64,000 bases of DNA from Candidatus Kaiserbacteria bacterium. GTDB taxonomy: Bacteria > Patescibacteriota > Minisyncoccia > Phycocordibacterales > UBA2100. The notes under the pieces are model-generated. The model was not told the origin of the DNA. It searched no databases and saw only the letters and a list, made by a program, of their open reading frames with translations. The position numbers and the translations under genes were made by a program. This document shows, one piece after another, positions 1 to 9,388 of the stretch. The stretch's first letter is position 1. The number at the start of each line of letters is the position of its first letter. The DNA is taken from positions 109,377 through 173,376 of the forward strand of contig CAVYCR010000003.1 of assembly GCA_963767115.1 (NCBI GenBank), read 5' to 3'.

Positions 1-485
1 TTTTGGTCGGTGAGCGCAAGTATCTGGTCGCCTGCGATGATTCCCGCCGCGCTTGCCGGAGATCCCGCGATCACATCAGAGACCATAAGGCGCGCAGACG
101 GGTCGTGTGCGGCAGAGGTATCATCGACGACGCGCGGCACACCTATCGCAAGCGCGGTAGAGAAAAGCAGCCACGCAACGATTGCGTTCATCGCGACTCC
201 TGCAAAGAGGATGACCGCCTGCTTGAGGCGAGAAGCCCGCACGAAACTCCCCCGTCCGTTTTCGTTGTCGTCTTCGCCGAAGAGCCGCACAAAGCCGCCA
301 AAAGGCAGCCAATTGATCGTGTATTCCGTATCATTGATCTTGGCGAGGAGAAATGCGCGCGGCGGATACCCGATGCCAAACTCGTCGACGCGTACCTTGA
401 AAATTTTGGCCGCAACGAAATGCCCGAGCTCATGCGTGACGATGAGCAATACGAGTATAGCGATGACGATGAGCACAGTGGTCAT
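1..485 (-). CDS. rseP: RseP-like site-2 zinc metalloprotease, N-terminal part (gene continues beyond window start)
   Basis: Reverse-strand translation from the ATG at 485..483 gives MTTVLIVIAILVLLIVTHELGHFVAAKIF...INWLPFGGFVRLFGED. This carries the HExxH zinc site and the LPFGG motif of S2P proteases. It is absent from the ORF track because it runs off the window edge. The + strand ORF 3..590 is its antisense shadow. Confidence 0.8.
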   Translation of the reverse strand, partial: MTTVLIVIAILVLLIVTHELGHFVAAKIFKVRVDEFGIGYPPRAFLLAKINDTEYTINWLPFGGFVRLFGEDDNENGRGSFVRASRLKQAVILFAGVAMNAIVAWLLFSTALAIGVPRVVDDTSAAHDPSARLMVSDVIAGSPASAAGIIAGDQILALTDQ

Positions 486-512
486 AAGGAAAATGCTTCG
501 CGTCTCTTAGCA

Positions 513-1064
513 CTAGAGACTCATTTCTTTTTCTTTTGCTTCGAAGCTTGCCTCCAGTTCTTCGTTGAGCTTGTCGACGCGTTCCTGTAGCTGGTCTTTG
601 AGGGTAAATTTGTCGTCCTCGGTGAGCGTACCCTCGCGTTCGCGCTCCTGGATCTCCTTCCAACTCTCGTCGCGTGCTACGCGCGATGATGCGCGGGCCT
701 CTTCAAGCTTGGCCTTCGCAAGCTTCACCAGCTCCGTGCGGCGCTCGGAGGTAAGCTCGGGGAAGGTCACGCGCACGCCGCTACTGTCGGCAGAAGTGCC
801 GACGCCAAGATTGGCCGAGGCGATCGCCTTCTCGATATCCTTGACGACGCTCGAGTCCCACGGGATCACGCGCAGCGTGCGTGCGTCTTCGCTCGTCACG
901 TTGCCTACCTGCTTGAGGGGCACCATCGAGCCGTAGGCTGAGACCATCACACTGTCGAGGATCGTCGGCGACGCGCGGCCGGTGCGCAGTGTGCGATATT
1001 CCTTCGCAAGCCATTCTTTGGCCTGCGCAAATTTCTGATCGAGCTGTTTGAAATCGTAGTTCAT
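513..1064 (-). CDS. frr: ribosome recycling factor
   Basis: The 183-aa ORF (MNYDFKQLDQKFAQAKEWLAKEYRTLRTGRASPTILDSV...) matches the Frr family over its full length. Confidence 0.9.
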   Translation of the reverse strand: MNYDFKQLDQKFAQAKEWLAKEYRTLRTGRASPTILDSVMVSAYGSMVPLKQVGNVTSEDARTLRVIPWDSSVVKDIEKAIASANLGVGTSADSSGVRVTFPELTSERRTELVKLAKAKLEEARASSRVARDESWKEIQEREREGTLTEDDKFTLKDQLQERVDKLNEELEASFEAKEKEMSL

Positions 1065-1073
1065 ATCTTTTAA

Positions 1074-1742
1074 CTATATCACGGGCACGATCAAGGCAAC
1101 GCTTTCCAAAAGTGGCTTCACAAGCGCACCCTTGTCCGTACTATATTGGCGCGCAGTGTAGATCGTCTGAATTCCCTCGAGAATCTCATGCCGCTCAAAC
1201 CGCCCTGCGAGATCCTTCTCGAGCTCGGCGAGAAATGCGAGGAGTGCGCCCATGTCGCGACGATCGTCATCGCCTTTCTCTAAAAGAGGCTTAAGCATCT
1301 CGATTCTTTTTGCAGGCAGCGCCTTGAGGAAGTCGCGTGCATTGACCAAGCCTGGGTTTACCGACTTCGTAAGCGCGTATATTGAAAGCGTCTGCGCTCG
1401 CGAACGCACGGTCGAGAGTAGTGTCGATGGCGACGGCACCATAATGATGAACGACGCATCGGCGGGCGGTTCTTCGAGTGTTTTCAATAGTGCGTTCTGC
1501 GCTTCACTTGTGATCGATGCCGCAACGAGAACGAATGTGCGATGCTCGCCCATCGCGCGCGAGGAAGCGCGCTCGCGCAGCTCAAGCGCCTCGTCGATGC
1601 CGAAGTGCGAATACGTGCGGATATAGAAGTCGGGGTTCGCCGGCGAGACGTCTATGCCACCTTCGGCAAGCACCTTCAAAAGCGTCGGCACATCAGCAGC
1701 CGAGCCCGCGACGAGGTACGTAGTGCCTGCAAATCTATTCAT
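1074..1742 (-). CDS. holB: DNA polymerase III delta-prime-like clamp-loader subunit (short form)
   Basis: 222 aa with the clamp-loader LLKTLEEPP motif and a sensor region, but no Walker A, i.e. a short delta-prime-like protein. It lies immediately upstream of frr on the same strand. Confidence 0.6.
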   Translation of the reverse strand: MNRFAGTTYLVAGSAADVPTLLKVLAEGGIDVSPANPDFYIRTYSHFGIDEALELRERASSRAMGEHRTFVLVAASITSEAQNALLKTLEEPPADASFIIMVPSPSTLLSTVRSRAQTLSIYALTKSVNPGLVNARDFLKALPAKRIEMLKPLLEKGDDDRRDMGALLAFLAELEKDLAGRFERHEILEGIQTIYTARQYSTDKGALVKPLLESVALIVPVI

Positions 1743-1764
1743 ATTTGAATTATAGCGGAAAATC

Positions 1765-1850
1765 CCCGAGGTATCCCCTAGGTCTCCCCTAGGTCTCTCT
1801 CCTAGGTCCTCTCTCCTAGGTCCGACCTAGTGCTCTTCCTAGTGCTCTTA
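1765..1850. repeat. array of short tandem CCTAGG-containing repeats in a divergent promoter region
   Basis: Sequence reads ...cccctaggtct cccctaggtctctct cctaggtcctctct cctaggtccga cctagtgctctt cctagtgctctta. There are four CCTAGG palindromes plus two CCTAGT half-copies. The array lies between holB-like (-) and the DUF1003 gene (+). Confidence 0.6.
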
Positions 1851-1890
1851 CGTGGTCAGGCCTCGGAGATTTTGGTGCTATACTCGCGGC

Positions 1891-2400
1891 ATGCAAGAAA
1901 TCCCCAAGATACAGCGCGTCGCGCTCACCTTCACGCGATGGATCGGATCGCCACTATCGATCATTCTGCACAGCATCGTTTTTGCGGCGACGATCTCCCT
2001 CTTGATCGCCAACGTTTTCCCTTTCGACGTCGTCATCCTCGTCTTCAACACGGCCGTTTCTCTCGAAGCGATCTACCTCGCGCTTTTCATACAGATGACG
2101 GTCAACTTCCAGTCGGCAAGCCTCGAAGAAGTCGGCGAGGACATCGGGGAGATCCAGGAAGACATCGGGGAGATCACCGAAGACGTCGATGAGATCCAAA
2201 AAGACGTCGACGAACTGCAAGAAGATGTCGAGGAGATCAGCGAGGACGTGGAAGAAATCTCAGAAGACGTTGAGGAAATCAACGAAGACGACCAGGAGCA
2301 TGAGGCGCACACTACCAAGCAGCAGGAGACACTTTCAAAGATCCAAACAGACCTCCAAAAACTGATGGAAGACATCGAGCAACTCAAGAGTGGAAAATAA
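1891..2400 (+). CDS. DUF1003-family membrane protein with C-terminal acidic heptad-repeat tail
   Basis: Core sequence FPFDVVILVFNTAVSLEAIYLALFIQMTVNFQS matches the DUF1003 pattern. A probable start at MQEIPK (1891) is used. The tail EDIGEIQEDIGEITEDVDEIQKDVDELQEDVEEISEDVEEISEDVEEINED is encoded by seven copies of a 21-bp tandem repeat. Confidence 0.55.
   Translation: MQEIPKIQRVALTFTRWIGSPLSIILHSIVFAATISLLIANVFPFDVVILVFNTAVSLEAIYLALFIQMTVNFQSASLEEVGEDIGEIQEDIGEITEDVDEIQKDVDELQEDVEEISEDVEEISEDVEEINEDDQEHEAHTTKQQETLSKIQTDLQKLMEDIEQLKSGK
2137..2283 (+). repeat. 7 x 21-bp in-frame tandem repeat (gaa gac rtc grg gar atc nnn) encoding an E-D-[IV]-x-E-I-x heptad
   Basis: Direct reading of the nucleotide and protein sequence. 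Confidence 0.7.
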
Positions 2401-2489
2401 AAATACCCCGCAAGATCGCAGGGTATGGTAAGTGGTCGCTTCAGCTGTATCTATTTATACAGCTTTGATTCTATGTAGATGGATATCTA

Positions 2490-2678
2490 TCAATCGTCAC
2501 TTCTTAACAAAAGGATTGGTGTAAATATGACAACGGCACATAGTATCATCAAAAAGCCAATGATAAACAGTGCGGCATCGCTTTTGGAAACTTTAGAGAG
2601 TTCCTCGAGAGACGGTGCTGGCATGTATTCCTCCCTGTATCGTGATACGCGCCTACTACCTGAGATTGTAGTGCGCAA
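2490..2678 (-). CDS. small membrane protein (62 aa), TTG start, immediately downstream of mreB
   Basis: It has one clear transmembrane helix (ALFIIGFLMILCAVVIFTPILLL) and sits tightly packed after the mreB stop. It has no detectable homology signal and a weak start context. Confidence 0.25.
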   Translation of the reverse strand: MRTTISGSRRVSRYREEYMPAPSLEELSKVSKSDAALFIIGFLMILCAVVIFTPILLLRSDD

Positions 2679-2688
2679 GAACTTTATG

Positions 2689-3718
<1,030 letters not shown>

Positions 3719-3768
3719 TGTATACGCTTGCAGACGTTTACCAAAATGGACACAGATCGACTCGAGGC

Positions 3769-4089
3769 TTAGCCTCTAGGATTTTTGCGGTCACGCCATG
3801 CCTGCGCGTTTTCGCGACGCTTTTCTTCAGTATGATTCTCCGGATTGAGCTCCCACCAAAACCTCTTGGCGAAATGGGGTGCCTTGTCGCAAACGCTTTT
3901 GAGATAATAGAGATCCTTGGTGGGGATCTTCTCGAAGATCTTGCCCATGCGCGGCATCGTGATGCGCTCGTAGCCGTCGACGCTGCGCGTCGCATTGAGA
4001 CGTCCGACGAAATATTTCATAAGCTCGCCGCGCTCAGTCTCGCGCGCCTTCTGGATGCTCGTACGCAAGCGGTTGCCGATGTGATCCAT
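3769..4089 (-). CDS. conserved hypothetical protein
   Basis: The 106-111 aa ORF ([34 protein letters not shown]...[11 protein letters not shown]) has protein-like composition. No family was recognised. Confidence 0.4.
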   Translation of the reverse strand: MDHIGNRLRTSIQKARETERGELMKYFVGRLNATRSVDGYERITMPRMGKIFEKIPTKDLYYLKSVCDKAPHFAKRFWWELNPENHTEEKRRENAQAWRDRKNPRG

Positions 4090-4156
4090 AGAGTGATTGT
4101 ACAATAGTGGAGCATACTCTAGAGCAAAGAGTGTTTACGGGTTATATTCTTCATAC

Positions 4157-4837
4157 ATGCATACGATTATCCCATTCGAGCAAAACCCGGCTTTGCGCGA
4201 GATAGCTCGCGAGATCCCGATAGCCGAGATCACGAGCCCGCGCATCCGCGATCTCGTAGCTCACATGAGCGCGCTTCTCTCCAAGGAGAAAAACGGTGTC
4301 GCGATGGCGGCAAGCCAGCTCGGCGAGCCCCTCGCGCTCTTTATCGTCTCGGGCCGCGCGCTTGCGGAGCGCGAAGAAGACGAGGATCGTCCGGATAAAA
4401 GCAAGGTGCCGGTAAAGGACCAGGTCTACATCAACCCGAAGATCCTCAAGACGTCGCGCGGCAGGAAGCCCAAGCACGAGGGCTGCCTCTCGATCCGCGG
4501 CATCTGGGGCATGGTGCCACGCGCCGAGAAGGCGACGATCCGCGCATACGACGAAGAAGGCAGACACTTCACGCGCGGCGCCTCAGGCTTCCTCGCGCAC
4601 GTCTTCCAGCACGAGATGGATCATCTTGAAGGCATTCTCTACACTGACAAAGCCACAAAGCTGTATGACGATGACCCGCAAGACCAGAGATTAAGTTCGT
4701 CTTCTTCGGCACCGCACCGCTCGCGGACGCCGTCTTGGGCGCGCTCGAGAAAGAAGGACACCTGCCTCAATTGGTGGTTGCTGCGCCGGATGACCGATAC
4801 GAAATGCCAAAGACGGCGAAGTTATTCTGCCGACTGA
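4157..4837 (+). CDS. def: peptide deformylase (C-terminal boundary uncertain: frame reads on into the fmt region)
   Basis: The EGCLS and HEMDHLEG metal-binding motifs are present, with start at MHTIIPFEQ (4157). After about residue 175 (..KLYDDDPQDQ) the frame continues as a low-complexity tail (RLSSSSSAPHRSR...) that overlaps fmt in another frame. This suggests a further indel near 4670-4700. Confidence 0.75.
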   Translation: MHTIIPFEQNPALREIAREIPIAEITSPRIRDLVAHMSALLSKEKNGVAMAASQLGEPLALFIVSGRALAEREEDEDRPDKSKVPVKDQVYINPKILKTSRGRKPKHEGCLSIRGIWGMVPRAEKATIRAYDEEGRHFTRGASGFLAHVFQHEMDHLEGILYTDKATKLYDDDPQDQRLSSSSSAPHRSRTPSWARSRKKDTCLNWWLLRRMTDTKCQRRRSYSAD

Positions 4838-5537
4838 AAAGACATGGGCAGACGAAAGAAACATTCGTGTAGTACAGCCCGAAAAGATCGATGAGGATTT
4901 TATCGACCTGCTCAAAACTGAAGAATGTGATGTGTTTGTCGTCGCATCGTACGGCAAGATCCTGCCGAAAGCACTACTTGATATTCCGCGTCGCGGCGTC
5001 GTCAACATGCACCCGTCACTATTACCAAGATTGCGCGGCCCATCTCCTATCCGCTCCGCCATTCTCAACGACGAGAAAGAAGTCGGTGTCTCGGTGATGC
5101 TGCTCGACGAGAAGATGGATCACGGGCCGCTGATCGCGCAGAAAAAAGTCGAGATGCCGTATTGGCCGATGCACGGGCTCGAGCTCGACGACCTCCTCGC
5201 GCGCGAAGGCGGCGAATTGCTCGCGGACTATTTGCCGCTCTGGATCGACGGTGATGGTCGAAGCGCACAACAAAACCACGATCTCGCGACCTATTGCTCG
5301 ATGTTCAAGAAGGAAGACGGGCTGATCGACATGCAAGACGATGCGCATTACAACCTGCTGAAGATTCGCGCACTGGAAGGCTGGCCGGGCACATTTACTT
5401 TCTTCGAACGCAACGGGAAACAGTTACGCGTAAAGATCATCGACGCACATGTCGAAAACGGAAATCTGATTCTCGATCGAATTATTCCCGACGGAAAACG
5501 TATTATGTCGTTCCAAGAATTCTCGCGCGGGCTCTAG
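4687..5537 (+). CDS. fmt: methionyl-tRNA formyltransferase, no canonical start codon and an internal -1 frameshift near 4789-4797
   Basis: The N-terminal frame reads (E)IKFVFFGTAPLADAVLGALEKEGHLPQLVVAAPD then runs to a stop at 4876-4878. The other frame reads ...PIRNAKDGEVILPTEKTWADERNIRVVQPEKIDEDFIDLLKTEECDVFVVASYGKILPK...NMHPSLLPRLRGPSPI (ORF 4932..5537). Inserting one base after 4791 gives VVAAPDRPIRNAKDGEV..., the canonical Fmt (PDRPxGRG) layout. Confidence 0.8.
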
Positions 5538-5541
5538 CGGT

Positions 5542-5671
5542 GGCCGCAAGGGCCTGCACCCTTTGCGAACTGGTACTGATTATCTGCTCGTACGTCTACA
5601 TCTGTGGCCGTACTTTGTATGGCGTTGGCGCGGTTAGGCAATGTTCGCAAAGGGTGCAGGCCCTTGCGGCC
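5542..5671. repeat. long perfect palindromic element: 29-bp stems (5542-5570 / 5643-5671) around a 72-nt loop, filling the gap between the convergent fmt and hpf stops
   Basis: The left arm ggccgcaagggcctgcaccctttgcgaac is the exact reverse complement of the right arm gttcgcaaagggtgcaggcccttgcggcc. Confidence 0.85.
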
Positions 5672-6042
5672 TATTCCTCATCATCTCTGCGCATCCAACC
5701 CTTGATAGCAGAACCCGTACGACGGATGAAGCGGCGATGAAATTGCTTGCTCTTGCGGAGCTGCGTCATCACTTCCTCCTTGGCGCGGTCGATTGCCGCG
5801 TTGATCGTATCCTCGTGGTTGGTCGCGTGCACATGTACACCACCGGGCGTCCAGACGTCGATCTCGGCAAACCAGCCGTGGTCGCTATGATGCTTGCCGG
5901 AAGCGCGACCTAGCTGTACCTCGATACGCGCGGTATCGGCGTCGCTTCCGAGATGCTTCTCGATCGCCGCCATGCGCTCATCGATATAATCGCTCACTTC
6001 GGGCACCATCTGATAATCCGTCGTCTTGATGCGTAGTTCCAT
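5671..6042 (-). CDS. hpf: ribosome hibernation promoting factor (HPF/RaiA family)
   Basis: 123 aa (MELRIKTTDYQMVPEVSDYIDERMAAIEKHLG...IEVQLGRASG...) matches the sigma-54 modulation protein / S30EA family. Confidence 0.85.
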   Translation of the reverse strand: MELRIKTTDYQMVPEVSDYIDERMAAIEKHLGSDADTARIEVQLGRASGKHHSDHGWFAEIDVWTPGGVHVHATNHEDTINAAIDRAKEEVMTQLRKSKQFHRRFIRRTGSAIKGWMRRDDEE

Positions 6043-6069
6043 ATACTCGTATTGTACCCCACTTTTGGC

Positions 6070-6110
6070 ATGAAAAAATGAAGCCCCCGCGGCATACGCT
6101 GCGGGGGCTT
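6070..6110 (-). terminator. rho-independent terminator for the minus-strand gene 6124..6747
   Basis: A 10-bp GC stem (aagcccccgc ... gcgggggctt, 6081-6110) is followed on the minus strand by a T6 run (the A6 at 6073-6078 on the plus strand). Confidence 0.7.
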
Positions 6111-6123
6111 ATCAAGAAAGAAC

Positions 6124-6747
6124 TTACATTGTAAGCAACGAGCTCGTATCAGGGCATGTAACTGGTACACCCCTGCTCAGAAATGATGCTAGCTCAAGCG
6201 TCTCAGCCGAATGGCCGAGCTGACGAGCAGTAAACGCATGCGTCGAATCATAGAGCCAAAAAGAGGCCCGCTGATTCCAAGGTTTGATGAACAACCCTAA
6301 ACGCATCTTTACCGTCACATTTCTAATTGCATGCCCCTGCTCATCTACTCTGTGGTAATGAACGAGGAACATATCTTCAACCGAAGCTGTCGGTACGATC
6401 GGACGCACTACACTGACGTCTGTGACGTCACACAGAAATGTCTCGCTAGAAAAAGTAGGGTCACAATAGCGCTCATATCTTGCCTGCGGGACCAACCCAC
6501 AAAAGCGTTTCACTATTCCTGAAACTCTTCTGCACTCTGCGCCCGAAAGCCGATTAAGAGCAGTATTTGCCGGCTGGCTTCTCACTTTCGCCAGTACTTC
6601 TTCCAATTCTCCAACTCCTTCCTCGTAATCGCGAAACATTTCTATATGGTTCCTAAAACCAACCATCACTTGTGCTCCAGACCATTTCACTATAGGCACC
6701 TTGCAGTACCTAAGGCTTATACAACCATACTCCTGTACTTCTTTCAA
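6124..6747 (-). CDS. hypothetical protein (207 aa, Cys-rich)
   Basis: It is a long ORF with its own terminator. No recognisable family. Confidence 0.4.
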   Translation of the reverse strand: MKEVQEYGCISLRYCKVPIVKWSGAQVMVGFRNHIEMFRDYEEGVGELEEVLAKVRSQPANTALNRLSGAECRRVSGIVKRFCGLVPQARYERYCDPTFSSETFLCDVTDVSVVRPIVPTASVEDMFLVHYHRVDEQGHAIRNVTVKMRLGLFIKPWNQRASFWLYDSTHAFTARQLGHSAETLELASFLSRGVPVTCPDTSSLLTM

Positions 6748-6884
6748 GTTTCACTGTTGAAAAATGCCGATTTTGGGCCACGCTTTATAGATAGCCCCTG
6801 AGGAGAGGGCGCATACACAACGATATTTTGTCTTTTGGCCAAGATTTGGCTATACTCTCACGTAACCTCGCATACGAGGAATAT

Positions 6885-6957
6885 TCCGCGGTAGCTCAGT
6901 TGGTAGAGCGGCCCGCTGTTAACGGGTTGGTCGTAGGTTCGAGTCCTACCCGCGGAG
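6885..6957 (+). tRNA. tRNA-Asn (anticodon GTT)
   Basis: Cloverleaf: acceptor tccgcgg/ccgcgga, D-arm gctc-agttggta-gagc, anticodon stem gcccg/cgggt with loop ctGTTaa, T-arm gtagg-ttcgagt-cctac. Discriminator is g and CCA is not encoded. Confidence 0.9.
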
Positions 6958-7029
6958 CTTGACATTTTAAATAATTCTGTCATTTTAATGACAGTTGATA
7001 GCTTAGACCACTACGAAAGGACCGGGATC

Positions 7030-7701
7030 ATGAGTTTCTGGACAGCACATGGTTACTTGGGTGGCCTCTTTTACATCATATTTCTCCTCCTATTGCCACG
7101 CTTGACCATGTTCGTCTCGGCAGTTGGCTCTGTAGGAATATTAGTGTATCTGACTGCGCCATTTGGCTTTGCCCACACACCTCTTGGGTTTCCAGTTGGA
7201 TTACTCGGGATATTCGTGTGGGTCTTCTTTCCTCGTTTTCTTGTTGCCGCACTGGCAACAGGGCTCTACTTCGAGACCAACACAGTGCTATGCGTAGAAG
7301 CCTGGATACTTGCATACGTTATCTTGGATGCCAAAAAAGGAATAGCCGAAGAAAGGGCTAAGAAACGTCAGAAGGAGCAGGAAGAGGCCATTCGAGATGA
7401 GGCCGCTCGAGTTGCTGCAGAAAAGACTGCAGAACAGAAAAGGCGCACGCGCGGCTCTGATCAACAATCAGGACAGCAACGTAGGCAACGGCCCACTCAG
7501 TCAGCGGGCCAACGAGCGCAGCAGTGGTGGGATGTGTTGGGCGTCAGTCCTTCTGCATCCGCTGACGCTATCAAAGCAGCATATCGTCGAATGGCAAAGA
7601 CGACACATCCCGATAGTGCCCCTGATGGCAAAGGCGATGTGGAACGCTTCCGCAAGGCCAGTGAAGCCTATAAGGCAGGGCTCAGTCGCAATGGCAAATA
7701 A
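7030..7701 (+). CDS. membrane protein with C-terminal DnaJ (J) domain
   Basis: Several N-terminal transmembrane helices are followed by a Lys/Glu/Gln-rich linker and WWDVLGVSPSASADAIKAAYRRMAKTTHPDSAPDG, a J-domain with the HPD motif. Confidence 0.6.
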   Translation: MSFWTAHGYLGGLFYIIFLLLLPRLTMFVSAVGSVGILVYLTAPFGFAHTPLGFPVGLLGIFVWVFFPRFLVAALATGLYFETNTVLCVEAWILAYVILDAKKGIAEERAKKRQKEQEEAIRDEAARVAAEKTAEQKRRTRGSDQQSGQQRRQRPTQSAGQRAQQWWDVLGVSPSASADAIKAAYRRMAKTTHPDSAPDGKGDVERFRKASEAYKAGLSRNGK

Positions 7702-7706
7702 GCCGA

Positions 7707-7738
7707 CCCGTGGTGGGGCAACTCACCACGGGTTTTTA
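7707..7738 (+). terminator. intrinsic terminator after the J-domain protein gene
   Basis: A 9-bp stem (cccgtggtg ... caccacggg) is followed by ttttt. Confidence 0.7.
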
Positions 7739-7891
7739 TACAAAACTCAACCTACTTAATTCCCTCTCGACTTTCGCCCAATCGATATTTCGAAACTTAT
7801 CCAGTTCGGGGAGCATCCACAAAATACCCTTATTTTCCTTGCTATTCTAGATACGTAGGTAGGACAACCGAACCTAGCAAGCAATAACCGC
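7739..7891. repeat. intergenic repeat R1, copy 1 (about 153 bp); second copy at 11505-11657
   Basis: The copies are about 80% identical: caaaactcaa..ttcaattccctctc...ccagttcggggagcatcca.aaaatac...ttgctatt.tagatacgtaggtaggacaa.cgaacctagc..g..a.taccgc. Both follow a terminator hairpin of a + strand gene. Confidence 0.75.
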
Positions 7892-7950
7892 TTGAGGCTT
7901 TTTGCATGAGAAAGGCTCGTCGCGTGAACGACGAGCCTAACGGTCTTGGA

Positions 7951-8214
7951 TCAGGGTTGTGCTTCGAGCCGGTCGGCTTCAGCGACGAGCTCAATCGCCT
8001 TCTCGCGATGAAGTCGAGCACGTTCGCGAGCTTCTGCCGCAGTTCCGAGTTTGCCGGATGTTGCCCCGAAGGCGGCGGTAATCTGGTCGATGCGCTCGGC
8101 CTTCTTATCCTCGATATCTGCGAGGTCCAGTTCCGACTTTGCCGCAACATATTTGATCGCGGCATCGGTCTTTCTGTACTTGACTAGTGTTGCTGGCGAC
8201 CACGATATTGCCAT
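7951..8214 (-). CDS. hypothetical small protein (87 aa)
   Basis: An AGGAGG ribosome-binding site lies 7 nt upstream of the ATG. Composition is protein-like, and the overlapping + strand ORF looks spurious. Confidence 0.45.
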   Translation of the reverse strand: MAISWSPATLVKYRKTDAAIKYVAAKSELDLADIEDKKAERIDQITAAFGATSGKLGTAAEARERARLHREKAIELVAEADRLEAQP

Positions 8215-8331
8215 TGGGTACCCTCCTTTGCAGTCTTATCTATAATATATTGGATAATCTATGTCAAGCTGGCTGGTTTGTGACCACTCAATTCTTATGG
8301 TATAAAAATATCTGCCACAAGGGAGGTTGCA

Positions 8332-8868
8332 ATGGTATATGCTAGGCGCCTGAACGACGAGAACGCTGCGCAGGCTCAGGCCGAAATGGATGCAGAGTTG
8401 GAGAAGCTTCGCCAGGTCGGATTCTTGGCTGCGCCGAAACCGAAGCAGGGCCAATCCGCACGGCCCGTGCCGGTACGTATCCCGATTGTCGTAAAGACGA
8501 GGAGTCCTTCGGTAGTCGTTGAAATGAAACCTAAAGCACGTCTCAGCGACGGTGAGCTTTGCGCTCGACGCGCCGCTGCCGCACTGCAGCGAAAGAAGAC
8601 ACAGGAGAAAGTCGTGACTCGTACTGAATCCCCCAAGGTGGATGAAGCTGCTGAAGCGAGGAAAGATATGAGGAATTCATATCTTCCTATCGCGGTCCGC
8701 ATAATGGCCGCCGAATGCCTCGGTTATACGGTAACGTACCGTGGGCCTGAAGATCACCCACGGCGCATCATATTCCGGCACCCGCGGGGTAAGCTGCGCA
8801 TCGCGATCATGTTCCCCAAAGGCCGGACGAAACGACGTGAGGCAATGGCCGCATTCAATCGTCGTTGA
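8332..8868 (+). CDS. hypothetical basic protein (178 aa)
   Basis: A GGGAGG ribosome-binding site lies upstream of the ATG at 8332, divergent from 7951..8214 across a promoter-like AT-rich spacer. Confidence 0.45.
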   Translation: MVYARRLNDENAAQAQAEMDAELEKLRQVGFLAAPKPKQGQSARPVPVRIPIVVKTRSPSVVVEMKPKARLSDGELCARRAAAALQRKKTQEKVVTRTESPKVDEAAEARKDMRNSYLPIAVRIMAAECLGYTVTYRGPEDHPRRIIFRHPRGKLRIAIMFPKGRTKRREAMAAFNRR

Positions 8869-9056
8869 TAGCGACGGATGCCACCCCGATGAATTGATCG
8901 GTCACGATATACAGTCGCCCCTGCCAACAAGCTCGGGCGGCTTTTTCTTTGACGAGCCGTTCTCAGCAGGGTATCGGAACTTTTTTGTTTACGGCACTTT
9001 GTCCTTGTGATATCGTCCGGTCAGTATGAAGAAGCAGGGTGTGGAAGGAGCTGACG

Positions 9057-9281
9057 ATGCAAGAATATGAACTGCAATTCCGAGCGCCTACGATCCGAAG
9101 AGGCGGGAAGATTAAATACAACAAGCGGCGCAGACGATTCTTTGCGAAGGATAATGAGGAGGCGAGATCGGACGTTGACCGTTTTCTCAAAGAAAAAAGT
9201 GTCCTGCTAGATGGAAAGACTTATCATGCTAAGAATGCAAAACTCTTCCGTCTCGTACCGGTTGACTACGTTCTCGTCTAG
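9057..9281 (+). CDS. small basic hypothetical protein
   Basis: A GGAAGGAG ribosome-binding site lies upstream of ATG 9057 (MQEYELQF...). Confidence 0.3.
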   Translation: MQEYELQFRAPTIRRGGKIKYNKRRRRFFAKDNEEARSDVDRFLKEKSVLLDGKTYHAKNAKLFRLVPVDYVLV

Positions 9282-9388
9282 GCCGCCGACATCCTCTGGA
9301 CTCAGTGGTCTTTCCCGGGGTTATCCTTTTGTCTCATTTGACTCTCACCTATGATTAAACTATGGTGAAGATGGAAGGAAGGTGTCCT

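Noticed and set aside
3-590. ORF 3..590 on the + strand (195 aa), the first entry in the ORF track.
   Set aside because: It has no recognisable motifs and is Arg/Cys-rich, i.e. typical antisense translation. The opposite strand encodes an unmistakable RseP (HELGHF, LPFGG) and frr starts at 1064, so the + strand ORF is a shadow.
2401-2440. Hairpin after the DUF1003 gene (taccc-N12-gggta) considered as a terminator.
   Set aside because: It has only a 5-bp stem with a 12-nt loop and no T-run, which is too weak.
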